Positions 19,402 to 28,474 of a DNA stretch of 64,000 bases are shown here, piece by piece (position 1 is the first letter of the stretch; each line of letters begins with the position of its first letter). The notes beneath the pieces were generated by a model. The model was not told where the DNA came from, did not search any database, and saw only the letters and a program-made list of their open reading frames with translations. The DNA is from Vulcanimicrobiota bacterium (lineage in GTDB: Bacteria; Vulcanimicrobiota; CADAWZ01; Ess09-12): positions 288,842 through 352,841 of the forward strand of contig JAVHLM010000003.1 in NCBI GenBank assembly GCA_031082125.1. The letters run 5' to 3'. Both the position numbers and the translations under genes were made by a program.

Positions 19402-19725
19402 TCACACTGGCTTGTTTTGCTGATGGCCAATTCGTACAGGGAGTGCGGCCCGCACATCCCTTCCTATCCCTACTGCACCCGCGCATTCCTGCCCAGCCGC
19501 TATCGCGCCCGCAGCCTTGAGGGCTCCCACCGCAATTGCACCCGCTGCAAATAGCCCGAAGGATATCATGCCTGCCGCACACAGGCCCACCGCGACCTTT
19601 CCTGTAGCCAGCACACCCACTGCGAAATCACCAGTCGCAATAATACCCACTCTGAGGCCATCTCCGCTGTTGATCACTGGGATGCCCTTTATACAGAGCT
19701 TATATTCCTTCTCGTTTTCACTCAT
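19402..19725 (-). CDS. small Gly/Ala-rich decapeptide-repeat protein (candidate RiPP precursor or membrane peptide)
   Basis: ATG at 19725 preceded by GGAGG with 5-nt spacing. The 108-aa product MSENEKEYKLCIKGIPVINSGDGLRVG-IIATGDFAVGVL-ATGKVAVGLC-AAGMISFGLF-AAGAIAVGAL-KAAGAIAAGQ-ECAGAVGIG has 5-6 decapeptide repeats A(T/A)Gx(V/I/F)(A/S)(V/F)G(V/L/A)x. It lies directly downstream, on the same strand, of a B12-binding radical SAM gene. Confidence 0.45.
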   Translation of the reverse strand: MSENEKEYKLCIKGIPVINSGDGLRVGIIATGDFAVGVLATGKVAVGLCAAGMISFGLFAAGAIAVGALKAAGAIAAGQECAGAVGIGRDVRAALPVRIGHQQNKPV

Positions 19726-19949
19726 AACAAGCCTCCAATAGAAAGAACAAGAATTGAGACACCGGCTTTCGCAGAAAATTATATAATAAATTCCTGGAAA
19801 AGTCCAAAAGTGGGCAAAAGAAGGTCCTGGGGCAGTCTGACCGGGTTGCTCAGCCATCACCAATCAGGCACAGCAATGAACTCCGTTTGTAAACCCGCAG
19901 GCAGAGTCAATGCAGGTGACAGGGCAGGTGAGCCGGCATTCTGGTGCGC

Positions 19950-21356
19950 TCATTCCATTGCAGCCTGTAAGTCTGTCGCGGTTTTTCTGATTTTTTTCTT
20001 ATAAAATATGGGTATTATGGCTCTTTTTATCCCCATTACGGCAAAATTAATAATATGATGCATCTTTATAATACCCATTCCAGAAAGTTTCTTTATAATC
20101 TTCACATACTTCCAGGGGGTATAAAACCTCATGGTAATCTGATCCTTGATGTCTATCAAATCATTGACCTCGTATTTATCAGAAAAAATATACTTGATAT
20201 CATCAATCTCTTTCACATGATAGTCGGGATAGTCATTGATGAGAGTATTCAACGGGGAATACTTATCGGTCATGAGAGTGAATGTTTCGATGGTATCAAT
20301 TCTGGATTTTGCGGCAAACTGAGGAATGCGGAGCATTTCTTCCTTGGTTTCCGTAAAATAGCCCACCATGAAAAAACCGTGGACAAAGAATTTGTAACTG
20401 CTTATTGTGCGTAAAGCCTTTAATGCTTCGGCGGTATCAAATCCCTTGTTCATCAGTTTTAATACGCGGTCACTTGCCGATTCGATTCCAATGGTGAGAA
20501 TTCTTATTCCCGCCTTATACATTTTCTCAAGAACATCGGGATGCTTGCCCACATCAAGGCGAACTGCAGCCATGAAATTTTTCTTCAGCCCTTTCTCAAT
20601 GATGAGGTCACAGATTTTTTCGACACGCTTGACATTTGCGGCAAAGTTGTCATCGGTGATCAATATGACCGGGGCATCGATGGTCATTAATTCTTCCACG
20701 ACAGATTCGGGAGATCTTCCCGTCCAGTTTCTTTTCTGCCCCAGCGGGTTATTATTGAAATTACAGAATTTGCAATGAAAAGGACACCCTCGGGAAGTTG
20801 AGATGAGATCGACGGTAATCCCGATTTCTTTATTGGTATAATCGTACCTGCGAAGTCCCCTGTTCACGATAATGCTGTTGTCAATTGCCTTCAGGTTCCG
20901 GTTCTCATTATGAACTACCGTGCCGTTTTTCCTGAATGAAATGCCATCAATGGCTTCAAAATTCTTTCCCTCTGCAATCTCCCTGATGCTCTCCTCTCCA
21001 TCGCCTCTTACGATGCATGAAACCCTGGGATGCTGCTGAAAAATTTCTTCAACATAGGCAGTGGCTGTTCTGCCTCCCACGATGATGGTATTCTCTTCAG
21101 GCACCTGCTCGATGATTGCTGAAAGTGCGGGGAGCTCAAAGTCCCAGTTGATCGAGACTGCAACCATGGCGCCATTGCCTTTTTTTACCAGGGGAACAAA
21201 AGTCTCTTCATGCCTGAGGTCTACAATGGTGACGGGAATGCCGGCTTTCTCCAGGACTGTCCCGATGATTTCCAGCCCCAGCGGTGGATAGTAATGGTAG
21301 CTGGTTTTCGTTTTTCCCGCATGAGGGTAAATGAGCAAAGCACTTGTAAATTCCAT
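19950..21356 (-). CDS. B12-binding-domain radical SAM protein (class B radical SAM, methyltransferase-like)
   Basis: N-terminal cobalamin-binding Rossmann segment (MVAVSINWDFELPALSAIIEQVPEENTIIVGG) then SRGCPFHCKFC (canonical CX3CX2C). The gene is strongly AT-rich compared with its surroundings. Confidence 0.85.
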   Translation of the reverse strand: MEFTSALLIYPHAGKTKTSYHYYPPLGLEIIGTVLEKAGIPVTIVDLRHEETFVPLVKKGNGAMVAVSINWDFELPALSAIIEQVPEENTIIVGGRTATAYVEEIFQQHPRVSCIVRGDGEESIREIAEGKNFEAIDGISFRKNGTVVHNENRNLKAIDNSIIVNRGLRRYDYTNKEIGITVDLISTSRGCPFHCKFCNFNNNPLGQKRNWTGRSPESVVEELMTIDAPVILITDDNFAANVKRVEKICDLIIEKGLKKNFMAAVRLDVGKHPDVLEKMYKAGIRILTIGIESASDRVLKLMNKGFDTAEALKALRTISSYKFFVHGFFMVGYFTETKEEMLRIPQFAAKSRIDTIETFTLMTDKYSPLNTLINDYPDYHVKEIDDIKYIFSDKYEVNDLIDIKDQITMRFYTPWKYVKIIKKLSGMGIIKMHHIINFAVMGIKRAIIPIFYKKKIRKTATDLQAAME

Positions 21357-21820
21357 AGCATTCTCACCTGATCAACTGATAAAGTATTGAAGCAGAGAGC
21401 ATGTCCAGTCCATTACAGGATTACCATGATCGTGGGCGTGGCACCGGGGTAAAATTTGGAGGCTCATCCGTTTCTGCTCAAAGTGGTGAAATTATAGCAT
21501 AAGTATCCTGGAAAGTCAAAAAGTGATAAAATATTAGAATATGGGGGACCGGTGAGGCCGAGCCTCATGAATTCACCGCGAGCGGGGGGTGACGCACCTC
21601 CCGGCCATGCCGTTATCGACGGTAAGACAGGGCATTTCAGTCTCACACGTAGAAAACGCACCTCTCCATGTTTCGAAAGCGCAGGGATTCTCCAAGCTCA
21701 ATGGTGCACTGCTGGCTGCACGATGGGTAAAACATCTGCATTGACAGGATTACGGTAATAAATATTATCGTTACAGTCCTCACAGCGGATTCGGCCTGCC
21801 TGTGAAGGGGGGAGAAACCG

Positions 21821-22024
21821 CTATGCAGAAAGCTTCTGTCCCGTTACCTTGGTTTTCTTCTTAGGGGTCGGGACCTTATTCACTGGTTCTTCCTTCTTCA
21901 GAAAGGTATCCAGCTTATTGGTTATCATCATCGGAAGCTCGATGAACCTGTCAGCCTCGTACCACATCTTCCCGTTCCAAATATAATTGATACCATCCAT
22001 TTCGCATGTAAATACTTGACTCAT
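21821..22024 (-). CDS. small hypothetical protein (67 aa) within low-GC island
   Basis: ORF MSQVFTCEMDGINYIWNGKMWYEADRF... with a GGAAGAG-like RBS. No homology recognised. Confidence 0.25.
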   Translation of the reverse strand: MSQVFTCEMDGINYIWNGKMWYEADRFIELPMMITNKLDTFLKKEEPVNKVPTPKKKTKVTGQKLSA

Positions 22025-22592
22025 AATTTACTCTTCCTTTCTCTACGTCGAAAACGCCACTGATGTTATGACAGATCCTGCAGACAGCCTTTCGGAATCA
22101 GGGGAAACGAAGGGCATGAGGATAAATGATTAAGGCAGTTCCTCAGGTTAATGGAGCCTGCACTGAAAGTGGATAGGAAAAATAGTTTATCACTATCTCT
22201 ATTATAGCAGAAATATGAAAGATAAGCAATTATCGGGGACAGCTTCCTGACTTTTTGGCCTGTCCCCGGGGTGGTGGTTGATTTTGGTTATGAGCTCCGG
22301 CTCGTGGAGCCACGGCGGAGCTTACCCTGCTCTTTGAGCATGGAAACCATTAATGGCGCTGGAGGTTGCCTCCTGAAGGATTCCATCCCTCTTCTCTTGA
22401 AGCTTACAGAGAATATGGGCAAAGGTCCTACGGCAAATAGTACGCAGCTTCTCTCCAGCACAGCATCTGCGCAGCAATACCGGTAAGAATGCGCTATCGG
22501 CCTTGGGCCTTTCAAAGAATGCCATCAGGACATTGAAGCATATAGGGGTCACTAAGGTGATTTTAAGGAGTATATGACAGAGGAGGAGTATC

Positions 22593-22958
22593 ATGGAAGA
22601 CAGCATGGTCGCCATAAGTCCCTGCACACTGGATCAGGCAATCAAGATAATTCATCTTCCCGCAAAAATTGATTCAAGCACCGCGGAAAAGGTTACTTCA
22701 GAGGCCATGGCCGCCTTTGAAGGGAATCCGGGAGGTATTCTTTTCAATTTGAAGGAGGTCACCTTCGTAAGCAGCGCGGGAATAAGGATGTTCATCATGG
22801 CTTACAAAAAGGCTAAAGCCGAGGGTATCAAGATAGCCATGATACATGTTCATCCCAATGTCTATAAAATCTTCAAAGTGGCAGCCCTCGACAGTGAATT
22901 CAATATCTGTGACAGCGAGGCCCAGGCGCTGAAAGAGGTCTGGCTCCTGCAGTCATGA
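22593..22958 (+). CDS. STAS-domain anti-sigma-factor antagonist (SpoIIAA-like)
   Basis: GAGGAGG RBS. ...LKEVTFVSSAGIRMFIMAYKKAKAEGIKIAMIHVHPNVYKIFKVAALDSEFNI matches the STAS fold and the phosphorylatable Ser context (FVSSAG). Confidence 0.65.
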   Translation: MEDSMVAISPCTLDQAIKIIHLPAKIDSSTAEKVTSEAMAAFEGNPGGILFNLKEVTFVSSAGIRMFIMAYKKAKAEGIKIAMIHVHPNVYKIFKVAALDSEFNICDSEAQALKEVWLLQS

Positions 22959-22998
22959 GCTTATGTGAGAAATACAGAGAGAGGAAGGAGCATTTCCC

Positions 22999-25596
22999 AT
23001 GGCAACAATGACAACAGAAACTGATGTGGCGCAGATCGTTGAAGAGATGGTCAGGCAATCAAAGGAAGCCTCGGCGGTCTTCACCCAGTACAGCCAGGAA
23101 GATGTGGATCGGATCGTCTACGCCGCCGCCAGGGCCGGCGCCCATCACCGTATCGAGCTTGCCAGGATGGCTGTCGAAGAGACAGGAATGGGGGTCTTTG
23201 AAGACAAGGTCATCAAGAATCTCTTTGCAACAGAAAATGTGTACCATGATATAAGGGATATCAAGACAGTGGGGTTAATTCATGACTGTGCTGAGACGGG
23301 GATCATGGAGTTTGCCGAGCCCCTGGGAGTTATTCTGGCGATCACGCCCGTCACCAACCCCACGTCAACCTGCATGTTCAAGATACTTCTCGCTCTCAAG
23401 ACGCGGAACACCATAATCATCTCGCCTGCCAGAAATGCCATGAAGTGCACCAACGAGGCGGCGCGTATTCTCTACGAGGCCGCACTCGAGGCCGGTGCCC
23501 CCGATTATTGCGTCCGCTGGGTCGAGAATCCTTCCAGGGAGGTAACGCACGCCCTTATGAGCCACCCGGATGTCGCAGTTGTTCTGGCTACTGGAGGCAC
23601 GGGGCTCGTCCATGCAGCTTACGGCTCGGGAAAGCCTGCAATCGGTGTCGGGCCTGGAAATGTTCCGGTGTTCATTGAGAAAACTGCCGATCTCGATCAG
23701 GCCATCAATGACATAGTGCTCAGCAAGACTTTCGATAACGGGATGATATGCGCCTCGGAGCAGTCGCTCATTGTCGAAGCTTCGATTAAGGATAAGGTCG
23801 AAGAGAAATTGCGCGCCATGGGAGCCTATTTCCTCTCCCGCGAGGAGACTGAGAAGCTTCAGAATATAGTCATCGATCCCCAGAAAATGACCATGAATCC
23901 CAAGGTGGTTGGCCAGAAGGCAGCGCATATTGCCGAAATGGCGGGAATCAAAGTCCCCCAGGATACGCGGCTACTCATCGCCCCTCTTGACGGCGTAGGG
24001 GATGGGTATCCCCTTTCGCGGGAAAAGCTCTGCCCCCTCCTTGGCTTCTATACTGTCCAGAGCCTTGATGAAGGCGTCAACCTCTGCACCGATCTCACCC
24101 ATCTCGGCGGGCTCGGCCACACGGCCTCAATTTTCTCCAAGGATCCCGAGGCGATAAGGGAATTCGGCGAGACAATCAATGCAGGGAGGGTCATCGTGAA
24201 CGCCCCTTCATCCCATGGAGGCATCGGCGACATCTACAACTGCCTCCATCCCTCCCTTACCCTCGGCTGCGGCGCAGGCGGCCGGAATATCACGACTGAC
24301 AACGTGACGGTGACTCACCTGCTCAATATCAAAAGAATATCAAAGAGGATGGCGAAGATGAGATGGTTCCGTGTTCCTTCCCGAATCTATTTTGAGCCCC
24401 ACTCCATGGATATGTTCCTGAAACAGGAGGCAAAAGAGCTGGGATGCCACCGCGCATTCATTGTCTGCACTGGCTCTGGCATAAGGCAGGGAGCTGTGGG
24501 CCGCCTGGAGCAGGGCCTGCTGGAAGCGGGCATCACGTCAACGATATTCTCCGATATCGCGCCTGATCCCACCCTCGAGATGATTGAGGCCGGCTACAGG
24601 GCCATGGAGAGGGCAAAGCCCGATCTCATCGTCGCCATCGGCGGCGGCTCGCCTCTTGACGCGGCGAAGGCAATGTGGTTCTTTTATGAGCAGCCCGACT
24701 TTTCTTTTAATGACCTCAAGCTTTACTTCATGGACATCAGGAAGCGGATCGTGAAGTTCCCTTCCCTTGGCAGGAAGGCAAAACTCATTGCCATTCCCAC
24801 GACGAGCGGCACCGGGAGCGAGGTAACGGCCTTCACCGTCGTCACCGACAGCACGACGCATAAAAAATATCCCATTGCCGATTATTCCCTCACGCCCGAT
24901 ATCGCCATCATTGATCCCACCCTTGTCATGACTGTTCCTGCCGAAACCACCGCAGATACGGGTTTAGATGCGCTCTCCCATGCGCTTGAATGCTACGTCT
25001 CGATTATCGCCTCCGATTTCACCGATCCTCTTGCCCTGAAGGCCATTCAGCTCATCTTCAAGTATCTCCCCGATGCGATGAAGAACGGGAAAGATGCCAG
25101 GGCAAGGGAGAAACTGCACAATGCATCGACAATTGCCGGCATGGCCTTTGCGAATGCATTCCTGGGAATCAACCACTCGCTTGCCCATATCCTCGGTGCC
25201 ACTTTCCACATCTCCCATGGGCGCGCCAACGCCTTTGTCATGATCCCTGTCCTGCGCTACAATGCCGAAAAGCCCCACAAGCTCCAGGCGTACCCTAATT
25301 ATGAAAGTCCCAAGTCGAAGGAGCGCTATGGGGAGATCGCCCATGCGCTCAATCTCTCTTTCAAGACCCCTGAAGAGGGGGTGGAGAGTCTCGTCAATGC
25401 CATCAAGGAGCTGAAGAAGCAGGTCGGCATTCCCGCCTCACTGAAGGAAGCCGGCATCGCCAAGGCAGATTTCGACAAGCAGATCGACAGGATGGCGGAA
25501 CTGGCCTTTGAGGACCAGTGCACGGTGTCAAACCCGAGCTATCCCCTCGTGGAGGATCTGAAACAGATGCTCAGGGATACCTACGACGGCGTCTGA
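22999..25596 (+). CDS. adhE: bifunctional acetaldehyde-CoA/alcohol dehydrogenase
   Basis: 865 aa. N-terminal ALDH domain (LIHDCAETGIMEFAEPLGVILAITPVTNPTSTCMFK) and C-terminal iron-ADH domain (GGGSPLDAAKAMW...AIPTTSGTGSEVT, HSLAHILGATFHISHG). Confidence 0.95.
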   Translation: MATMTTETDVAQIVEEMVRQSKEASAVFTQYSQEDVDRIVYAAARAGAHHRIELARMAVEETGMGVFEDKVIKNLFATENVYHDIRDIKTVGLIHDCAETGIMEFAEPLGVILAITPVTNPTSTCMFKILLALKTRNTIIISPARNAMKCTNEAARILYEAALEAGAPDYCVRWVENPSREVTHALMSHPDVAVVLATGGTGLVHAAYGSGKPAIGVGPGNVPVFIEKTADLDQAINDIVLSKTFDNGMICASEQSLIVEASIKDKVEEKLRAMGAYFLSREETEKLQNIVIDPQKMTMNPKVVGQKAAHIAEMAGIKVPQDTRLLIAPLDGVGDGYPLSREKLCPLLGFYTVQSLDEGVNLCTDLTHLGGLGHTASIFSKDPEAIREFGETINAGRVIVNAPSSHGGIGDIYNCLHPSLTLGCGAGGRNITTDNVTVTHLLNIKRISKRMAKMRWFRVPSRIYFEPHSMDMFLKQEAKELGCHRAFIVCTGSGIRQGAVGRLEQGLLEAGITSTIFSDIAPDPTLEMIEAGYRAMERAKPDLIVAIGGGSPLDAAKAMWFFYEQPDFSFNDLKLYFMDIRKRIVKFPSLGRKAKLIAIPTTSGTGSEVTAFTVVTDSTTHKKYPIADYSLTPDIAIIDPTLVMTVPAETTADTGLDALSHALECYVSIIASDFTDPLALKAIQLIFKYLPDAMKNGKDARAREKLHNASTIAGMAFANAFLGINHSLAHILGATFHISHGRANAFVMIPVLRYNAEKPHKLQAYPNYESPKSKERYGEIAHALNLSFKTPEEGVESLVNAIKELKKQVGIPASLKEAGIAKADFDKQIDRMAELAFEDQCTVSNPSYPLVEDLKQMLRDTYDGV

Positions 25597-25646
25597 GGGA
25601 GGGGCATCACCGGGCTTCTTGGTCAGATCATGCAGTGAGGGTATCA

Positions 25647-25670
25647 CATGCCGGGATTATATCCGGCATG
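25647..25670 (+). terminator. hairpin downstream of adhE (candidate terminator, no U-tract)
   Basis: CATGCCGG-GATTATAT-CCGGCATG is a perfect 8-bp inverted repeat 50 nt after the adhE stop. It is followed by an AT-rich intergenic region. Confidence 0.3.
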
Positions 25671-25826
25671 GCCTGCAGCCACCTGCTCTCTCTTTGTACC
25701 TCTTCATGGCGGGATTTTTTACAAAAATGTTACAATAAGGCAACATGTATCTGCTTTTATAATGAATTGTTAACATGAATACCATTAATCATGGGAAAAT
25801 ATCCGTTATATTATAATTAGAAGACT

Positions 25827-26354
25827 ATGGGAGATGGTGGTATGTGGGGAGAAAATCTTGTGGCGTCGATACAGGATGTGATACGGACAAACCCTTTCCT
25901 GTCCTATATTGCGTACCCCCAGGGGACCTCTGACACGAGGCGCAGAGCGGAGCCTGAGGCAGAGAAAAAGGAAGAGCTTCTCCTTTCCCGGGAAGCTCTC
26001 GAGATCGTTCCCATGGAAGAAGAGGAGGCTGACGAGAGATTTCATGACGGAGAGGCAGAGCGTGGAAAAAGTGATGAAGAGCGCCTCGAGGAGATTGACC
26101 GCCATGTCACGGAGCTCCTGACCCTCCTTCTTATGAACCAGGAATACGCGGTAATCGTGCTCGAGAATTTCAACAGGACGCGGGACCTCTTTCTTCAGAA
26201 TCAGCGTCCCGATGCAGAAGCTTCGGAATCAAGGCCCTCATTGAAAGTCCTTAAGCACCTCTCCTTTGAGGAGCGGCTTCCCGCACAATTTCGCCAGGCC
26301 TTTCTCAATCTATTTCTCGAATACCAGGCTCTCAGCCGTTACACAAGCCGGTAA
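25827..26354 (+). CDS. hypothetical acidic protein
   Basis: 175-aa ORF, Glu-rich (EEEEADERFHDGEAERGKSDEERLEEIDRH). No recognised domain. Confidence 0.3.
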   Translation: MGDGGMWGENLVASIQDVIRTNPFLSYIAYPQGTSDTRRRAEPEAEKKEELLLSREALEIVPMEEEEADERFHDGEAERGKSDEERLEEIDRHVTELLTLLLMNQEYAVIVLENFNRTRDLFLQNQRPDAEASESRPSLKVLKHLSFEERLPAQFRQAFLNLFLEYQALSRYTSR

Positions 26355-26604
26355 CGCCACAACAACCCCATGGAATTTTCTATGGAGTATGCTCCCTGAC
26401 ACATTCAGTGCCACTGATTCTTTGGCAGGAGTCTTGAAGGCGATATCGCGGGTGTCCCGCCATACAGAGTGGTGAGGGAGACGACTCCCTGCAAAGGGAA
26501 TTACTCCTTTGAAAACGAATCATCATGACAGGCGCCTTGTCACCTATAAGGCGTTTCACTGAAATTGAGGCATCTTTAACAATGAACATTGGAAAGAACG
26601 TGAG

Positions 26605-28377
26605 ATGGAGCATAGTGAGAAGATAAAGAATCGCCTCGCGGTTATCATGTGGCTCATCCTCTCTGTGAATGGCATTCTTGCCATCTCATCAGGCGGGGCC
26701 TCCAAGAGTCTGGTGTTCATCCTTGTGCTGATTGTTTTCGGCAGCGCCTTGTGCCTTTCTCTCACTGTCGCCAGTACCCGCACCCTCATAAGGCCTGCAC
26801 TGCTTTTTATCATCATCGTGGCTTTTGTGCTCACCATAACCTTTATTTCCCACTTTTCCCCGCTCAGGGAGCCTCTCTCACTCAGTTTCATAATATTGCT
26901 TGTGAGCACGGCATTTTACTTTCAGCCTGCCGAGGCGATTATTCTCACCGCTCTCATGAGCATGATGGAAGCGATTCTTCTTTACCTTCCGGAAAAATCC
27001 ATGGTGGCCCTTGTAAGCACCCGGCTTCTTATCACTGTTACCGGCTATTTTTTCATCGTACTCGTGGCAGGTATCTTTTCCAGTGAAAGCCGCCAGGAGC
27101 TCCGGGCCATCGACGGCGAGGCAGAGAAACTGAAAAAGAGCCTCTCGGACCTGGGAACAGAAAAGGCACAGGTTGAAAAGGAAAAAGCACGGGCTGAAAA
27201 GGAAAAGGCACAGGTTGAAAATGAGAAAGATGAGCTCACCAGGATCCAGGAGAAGCTCAATGCCGAAGTCTCCAGGAGGGAATCCCTCCATCAGATAACC
27301 TGTGACTTCACCCAGACACTTGACAGCAGCGTAATCTCACGCCAGCTCATCGAGATCCTCAAAAGCTCTCTCCCCTTTGAGACTGGCGGGGTATTTCTTG
27401 TTGACAGGGGGCGGCACAGGATATCCTGTGCCGCTGCCAAGGGTCCCTTTAAAGACGAGATGCAGAATCAGTTGAATGATATTTCGGAGAATATCCTTGC
27501 CATAATAGCCGAAAAGAATGAGCTCTCCATTTTTCACAGCATAGAAGAAGATCCCCGCTTTGACAAGATTGCAGGGAGCACGCAAGTGAAATCGGCGCTC
27601 TACGCCCCCATTTCGCTTGATGCTGAGGTGTACGGGGTGATCTGCTTCTGGAGTGCGACGCGTCGCGCCTTCTCAGATATAAGCCTCGAGTTTTTCAAAT
27701 CGGTGATATATGAAGCGGCACGGGCTTTCAAGAACGCGGAAGTTTACCGCATGCTCGATACAAGGTTCAATTTCATTATCACCCTCTGGAATGCCACCAA
27801 GAAGCTCGCCTCGGTGAGCGACCTCTCCAATACGAGCAAGAATGTGCTCAGGCAGGTCATTGAAACCATAAGAGTACTCTTTGATGCCGACGGCGTCATC
27901 CATTATTTTTATGAGCCCAGCATGAGAATCTTTGTCCCCTTCGTGGTGACCTCCCAGGGGATCATTCACAACCCGGACCTGATGGCTTCTGCAGGTATCG
28001 CGACAGAGCATTTCGGGCAGCTGGTCATGAATGCGAAGAAAATAGAAGAAGGGGAGCTCCTGGAGGGGCCTCTCCATGTCCCTAACGTGAACTTCTCCAC
28101 GTCGAAGGGAAAAGTATTTTCAACAGTCGCAAAAATATTTGACGTGACCTCGCTCTACTGGTATCCCCTCGCGGTGCGGGAAAATGTGCTGGGCGCCCTC
28201 GTGTTTCTTTTCAAGACGGGGAGGGAGTGGACCAAGGAAGAATCACAGTTGGTCGATATTTTCTACTACCTCTACACGCTGAGCATTGAGAACCTTGAGC
28301 TTGTCCATGGGCCGGAGAGCAAGGAGAGAGACAGGACGAAGGAGCTCAACAATGGAGGTCAGGAAATAAAGATTTGA
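26605..28377 (+). CDS. membrane-anchored GAF-domain protein (sensor-like) with coiled-coil linker, no recognisable output domain
   Basis: Five to six N-terminal TM helices. Heptad-repeat linker (AQVEKEK ARAEKEK AQVENEK). Two GAF-like segments (...ETGGVFLVDRGRHRISCAAAKG...; ...VRENVLGALVFLFKTGREWTKEESQLV). Confidence 0.55.
   Translation: MEHSEKIKNRLAVIMWLILSVNGILAISSGGASKSLVFILVLIVFGSALCLSLTVASTRTLIRPALLFIIIVAFVLTITFISHFSPLREPLSLSFIILLVSTAFYFQPAEAIILTALMSMMEAILLYLPEKSMVALVSTRLLITVTGYFFIVLVAGIFSSESRQELRAIDGEAEKLKKSLSDLGTEKAQVEKEKARAEKEKAQVENEKDELTRIQEKLNAEVSRRESLHQITCDFTQTLDSSVISRQLIEILKSSLPFETGGVFLVDRGRHRISCAAAKGPFKDEMQNQLNDISENILAIIAEKNELSIFHSIEEDPRFDKIAGSTQVKSALYAPISLDAEVYGVICFWSATRRAFSDISLEFFKSVIYEAARAFKNAEVYRMLDTRFNFIITLWNATKKLASVSDLSNTSKNVLRQVIETIRVLFDADGVIHYFYEPSMRIFVPFVVTSQGIIHNPDLMASAGIATEHFGQLVMNAKKIEEGELLEGPLHVPNVNFSTSKGKVFSTVAKIFDVTSLYWYPLAVRENVLGALVFLFKTGREWTKEESQLVDIFYYLYTLSIENLELVHGPESKERDRTKELNNGGQEIKI
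27166..27228 (+). repeat. 3 x 21-bp tandem repeat encoding heptads in the GAF-protein linker
   Basis: GCACAGGTTGAAAAGGAAAAA / GCACGGGCTGAAAAGGAAAAG / GCACAGGTTGAAAATGAGAAA. Confidence 0.6.
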
Positions 28378-28474
28378 TGAGCAATTCAGAGTTCATAAAG
28401 ATGCCGTTACTTATGCTCTTCTGGACAGTATCATTTCGTCAGAAGCACCAGGCGCTCGATGAGTTGAAATCATA

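Noticed and set aside
22271-22627. Several 70-100-aa ORFs on both strands in the AT-rich gap before the STAS gene
   Set aside because: They overlap each other, have no RBS and are not conserved-looking. The region was searched by eye for tRNA-like T-loop motifs (GTTCGA/GGTTC...), and none was found.
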